Shown here one piece after another: positions 60,712-64,000 of a stretch of 64,000 bases of DNA. The notes under the pieces are model-generated. The model was not told the origin of the DNA. It saw only the letters and a list, made by a program, of their open reading frames with translations, and ran no database searches. Each line of letters opens with the position of its first letter. Positions within the stretch are counted from its first letter, which is position 1. Origin of the DNA: Haplodiscus bocki (lineage: Eukaryota); contig OZ296652.1 in assembly GCA_965655095.1 (NCBI GenBank), positions 116,002,001 to 116,066,000 of the forward strand. The letters are read 5' to 3'. The position numbers and the translations under genes are program-made.

Positions 60712-61497
60712 TCAAATTTCTTTTATTGATACTCTGAAAGTAAACGATTGACCATTAAATGATACTAAATTTCTATTTTCATTTTTTAATTTAGAACAAA
60801 TACTTGAAATAACGTCTTTGCTTTCCATCATAAACCATTGCACTCCACCTCGAAATTTTTCGATGTATTTATAACCAGGGTCAACATCCATAGTAAAATT
60901 ATAAATTATTTTTGATCTTTTACTTCGGAAGATCATACCTTGAGCAATATTACATTCGAGGAAGATATTATCAAATGAAAGTATATCAACTGGATTGTCG
61001 GATAGATTATATTCTTCGTATATTGATCGTTTATTAAATCCTAGTAGAGATCCTATACTATCATCGGGTTTGAATGAGATTACTGATTCTGGGTCGGTTA
61101 TTTCAACGATACTACCCAACGTAGTAAAATCTGGTTTGATTTTGAATGGATAATTCGCTTCGGTATAATGACTTTCATCAATAATAATCCTCTTTATTTC
61201 ATTGTCCAAGCTCTCGATATCGTAAGCTCCAGGACTAATAGTAATTTGCGTAAAATGGTTATCATCAGTAATTGATTTCGTGAAATAAAATTTATTATTT
61301 GAATTTGTAACATTGAAAATACCGTTATAGGCAGATAAAAAAGTCACAGCTATTTTAAATTGTTTATTATTTGTTTGTAATGGTTGAGATAGATGCTCTA
61401 CATGAGTAGATTTATTCATAATAATTAATATATGCTTTTCTATTTTAGGTCCAGTATTATAAGCTATTTGTTCTAATAATTTACTAGCAATCGCCAT
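60712..61497 (-). CDS. Minor capsid (penton, PX-like) protein
   Basis: YNGIFNVTNSNNKFYF, ISPGAY.IESL, IGSLLGF, IFLECNIAQG, VDPGYKYIE and LVSFNGQ. Confidence 0.88.
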   Translation of the reverse strand: MAIASKLLEQIAYNTGPKIEKHILIIMNKSTHVEHLSQPLQTNNKQFKIAVTFLSAYNGIFNVTNSNNKFYFTKSITDDNHFTQITISPGAYDIESLDNEIKRIIIDESHYTEANYPFKIKPDFTTLGSIVEITDPESVISFKPDDSIGSLLGFNKRSIYEEYNLSDNPVDILSFDNIFLECNIAQGMIFRSKRSKIIYNFTMDVDPGYKYIEKFRGGVQWFMMESKDVISSICSKLKNENRNLVSFNGQSFTFRVSIKEI

Positions 61498-61558
61498 TTA
61501 TTAGAAATTAAATATTTATACTTGTGAGTATACTCGAGTATACACACTCATATAATTT

Positions 61559-62422
61559 TTAGTTAGAAAACTTGTTAAGAGCATTTCGATATTGTTGATT
61601 GTTTTGTATTTCTCCCCGCTTGTATAGTTCATCGATTAGATTACTAGCTTCTGTGAGAGTATCAGTATGGCCACTAAGTTTTAGTCCGAGTAATACTTCA
61701 AGTCTAATATAAATATCAATTATGTTTGAAGGTACGGTAATTTTTACTGATTGACCTTCTAAATTAACAGGCTCTTCTTTTTTAATATTTCTAAATTTTC
61801 TTAAAAGTTTTGTAAAAAATTTTGTTTGATTGGTTTTTTCATTACCAATTCCAGTATATCCAACATCTGTTAAAAATTTATACAAAGTTATTCGATCATT
61901 TTCAGTTTTGATAGATTTACCTGTGTAAGATGACTTTGATAAAGCAAGATGTATTTGGGGATTAAATTTATAGATATTATCATAAACTTGAATTTTATCT
62001 CCACCTAGAGGCGTTATATTTGTACCGAGAATGCTAAAATTACCATTTTTATCTTGGTTTAATTTTATTGAACTAGCTGTTTCGGTTAAAGGTTCGAAAG
62101 TATTTTGTAATAGAATACTTGGTGTGATGATTATCTCTTTATTATTTTCATCATTTGATTCTTTTATTATATCACCCACTTTTTGAGTGCTTTCATTAAT
62201 AGTATCTAATCTTCCATTAATTGGTTATAAGGATTCTTGAGTAGATTTATTAACTTCATCCAGTTTTTTTGTGATAGGTGATAATGATTCTGCTAATCTA
62301 ACATTATGAGTTGGTTTCAAAATTCTATTTTTTATTTTAAGAGCACGATGTTCTTTTTGTTGTTGAGCTAATTTGCGTAGATTATCTAAATCTTTTTCAG
62401 TAACATTAGAATAAATACGCAT
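61559..62422 (-). pseudogene. Conserved Polinton hypothetical protein (coiled N-terminus; RLEVLLG..SGH C-terminus), split
   Basis: ORFs 62225..62422 and 61559..62179; LSPITKKL and PSNIIDIYIRLEVLLGLKLSGH motifs. Confidence 0.6.
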
Positions 62423-62472
62423 TTATAAGACTCAAATATAATCTCATGTAATTGTATGAACATGTTATAATT

Positions 62473-63198
62473 TTAAAAAGGAGAGCTATCTGGAATAAAT
62501 ATTGAATTTAATCCGAGTCGATATCGACCTTGATATTTATCTTTTGTCATATCAATAGTAAGTGGTTGATATTTTTCATTCCAACAAGTAGATGTTAATA
62601 ATTTAACTTCATTAAGTGTCATATCCATTGAACGTTTGTCTTGATAAAGATTTAATACATCTCTGAAATTGTTCGGTTTGAATATATGAAAGATATTACC
62701 ATTACAACGTATTGTTTTTTTACCTAATTCACAGTAATCTTGGCTTATTATAGAAATAGATAAATTATTATGCCTAGATCTTTTAAACATTGCTTGAACT
62801 CTAGGATCATTCATTTCTTTCTGATTGAAATAGTCTAAGATAATAATACTATTATTTTCATATTCTTGTGGAAATTTTAATTCTTCAATGTTATCAAATG
62901 TTTCTATCTCAGTATTACATTTTTGAAAATCTTTATTATTAACTATCTCTTCAACAACAAAATCGATATCATTTTCATTGAGAATGTTTGGGATTATATG
63001 AATTGGTATATAATTATCAAAACATTTAATTAATTTTTGATATAAATCTTGATGAAGACTTGTTGAATAGATGTACATTTTATCATATTCGTTTATGATA
63101 TTTAAAATTAAATTTGTTGGAAATACTGATTTACCGCATTCTGAAGGACCGATTTTAATACACCTAGCTGGATGATTTGGATAAAGAATCTTCTCCAT
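62473..63198 (-). CDS. A32/FtsK-like genome packaging ATPase
   Basis: Walker A GPSECGKS, Walker B IIILDY (normally DD), RSRHNN and SQDY. Confidence 0.92.
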   Translation of the reverse strand: MEKILYPNHPARCIKIGPSECGKSVFPTNLILNIINEYDKMYIYSTSLHQDLYQKLIKCFDNYIPIHIIPNILNENDIDFVVEEIVNNKDFQKCNTEIETFDNIEELKFPQEYENNSIIILDYFNQKEMNDPRVQAMFKRSRHNNLSISIISQDYCELGKKTIRCNGNIFHIFKPNNFRDVLNLYQDKRSMDMTLNEVKLLTSTCWNEKYQPLTIDMTKDKYQGRYRLGLNSIFIPDSSPF

Positions 63199-63324
63199 TT
63201 ATATTTGAAATAATTTATATCGGAGATAGAATCATTTAACAGATTAGTTTAATTAATAATTGATATCGTATAATTACACTTATACAGATATATCTAAATA
63301 ATATAATTATAAGTGTAATTATTT

Positions 63325-63516
63325 TTATTTTTCATTGAATAAAGGTTTGATTAAAGTATACACCATAAAGGATTCTAAACATACTAAAGACAATCCACAA
63401 GGTATTAATGTAATTAAAGGTATTACTATCTCAATATTATTATCATTGTCTGTACAATTTGATGTTAAAGTATTACTATAATCATCAGTAGTATCTGTAA
63501 TGTTTAATATATTCAA
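63325..63516 (-). CDS. Small single-pass membrane protein
   Basis: N-x-T-rich N-terminus followed by hydrophobic IVIPLITLIPCGLSLVCL..MVYTLI. Confidence 0.5.
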   Translation of the reverse strand: MNILNITDTTDDYSNTLTSNCTDNDNNIEIVIPLITLIPCGLSLVCLESFMVYTLIKPLFNEK

Positions 63517-64000
63517 TTATTTAGTAGTAAATAATCATATTTTCTTGTAATAGGATGATTTTCTTTAATATCGAGAGATTTTATTAGACTTGGATTTTTC
63601 GCAAAAATATTATTTATATATCTTTGGAGCATAGACATAGGACATTTCATATAATTTTTATAAGTCATATTACATCTACAGCTAATCATACTAATTTCCA
63701 TTTTAATAATTTTATCAAATACAAAGTTTCCATATCTACAACTATCTATATAAAACAATAATTAACTCTTTATATTAATATAATCACTGTTAAAATGATT
63801 ATTGATTTCTATTTTAGCAAAAAAATTATCTTTAAATTTTATCTGAAATCGACAATCAATATAGTAAAATACAAATTTTTGATTATGAATATCAATATAT
63901 TTATCAAAAATTTTGTCAACTTCATCGATATCGATATTTTCAATTATATAACTTGTATATAGACATTTATTATATTTTATGCAACTAATACAAATCTGAG
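63513..64000 (-). pseudogene. Family X accessory protein (5' part runs off window)
   Basis: Upstream frame YTSYIIENIDIDEVDKIFDKYIDIHNQKFVFYYIDC aligns with the ORFs at 3180..3512 and 3613..3897. Confidence 0.65.

Larger units (their letters stand above)
48055..64000 (-). mobile_element. Polinton/Maverick (beta-adintovirus-like) element C, other end outside window
   Basis: AGTAGT terminus at 48055. pPolB, integrase, protease, MCP, penton and ATPase are all co-oriented, intronless and densely packed. Confidence 0.95.

Noticed and set aside
48704-63198. Element C being intact, with frameshifts due only to homopolymer sequencing errors
   Set aside because: Some indels are in A/T runs, but in-frame stops (e.g. 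50481) and catalytic substitutions (Walker B DY, motif A DAK, HNH YL) indicate real decay. Raw reads would settle this.

Overview
AT-rich eukaryotic (probably invertebrate animal) repeat-rich DNA with no recognisable host gene, dominated by Polinton/Maverick-type (adintovirus-like) integrated viruses of different ages. (1) 1-~4446 is the end of a degenerate Polinton: protein-primed PolB pseudogene, two accessory ORFs and a terminal hairpin. (2) ~4.5-12.7 kb is unassigned, slightly GC-richer DNA, followed by an assembly gap, a probable solo LTR and a Helentron/HINE-like element with ~120-bp internal repeats. (3) ~16.9-24.3 kb is a heavily decayed Polinton (two A32 ATPase remnants, penton, core-like protein, membrane protein, protease, major capsid). 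(4) It runs directly into a ~24.6-kb higher-order tandem array (15 diverged monomers of 1.3-1.9 kb; HOR periods ~6.23 and ~9.80 kb). Each monomer consists of Polinton gene fragments: integrase(+), capsid-1 3' end(+) and a convergent capsid-2 3' end(-). (5) 48055-64000+ is a younger but frameshifted Polinton inserted into that array, with an AGTAGT terminus, a 99-bp terminal fold-back, EndoVII-type pPolB, integrase, HNH-like protein, core-like protein, fiber with a MAM-like tip, adenain protease, MCP, penton and A32 ATPase. All calls come from manual translation and motif recognition. No database searches were run.
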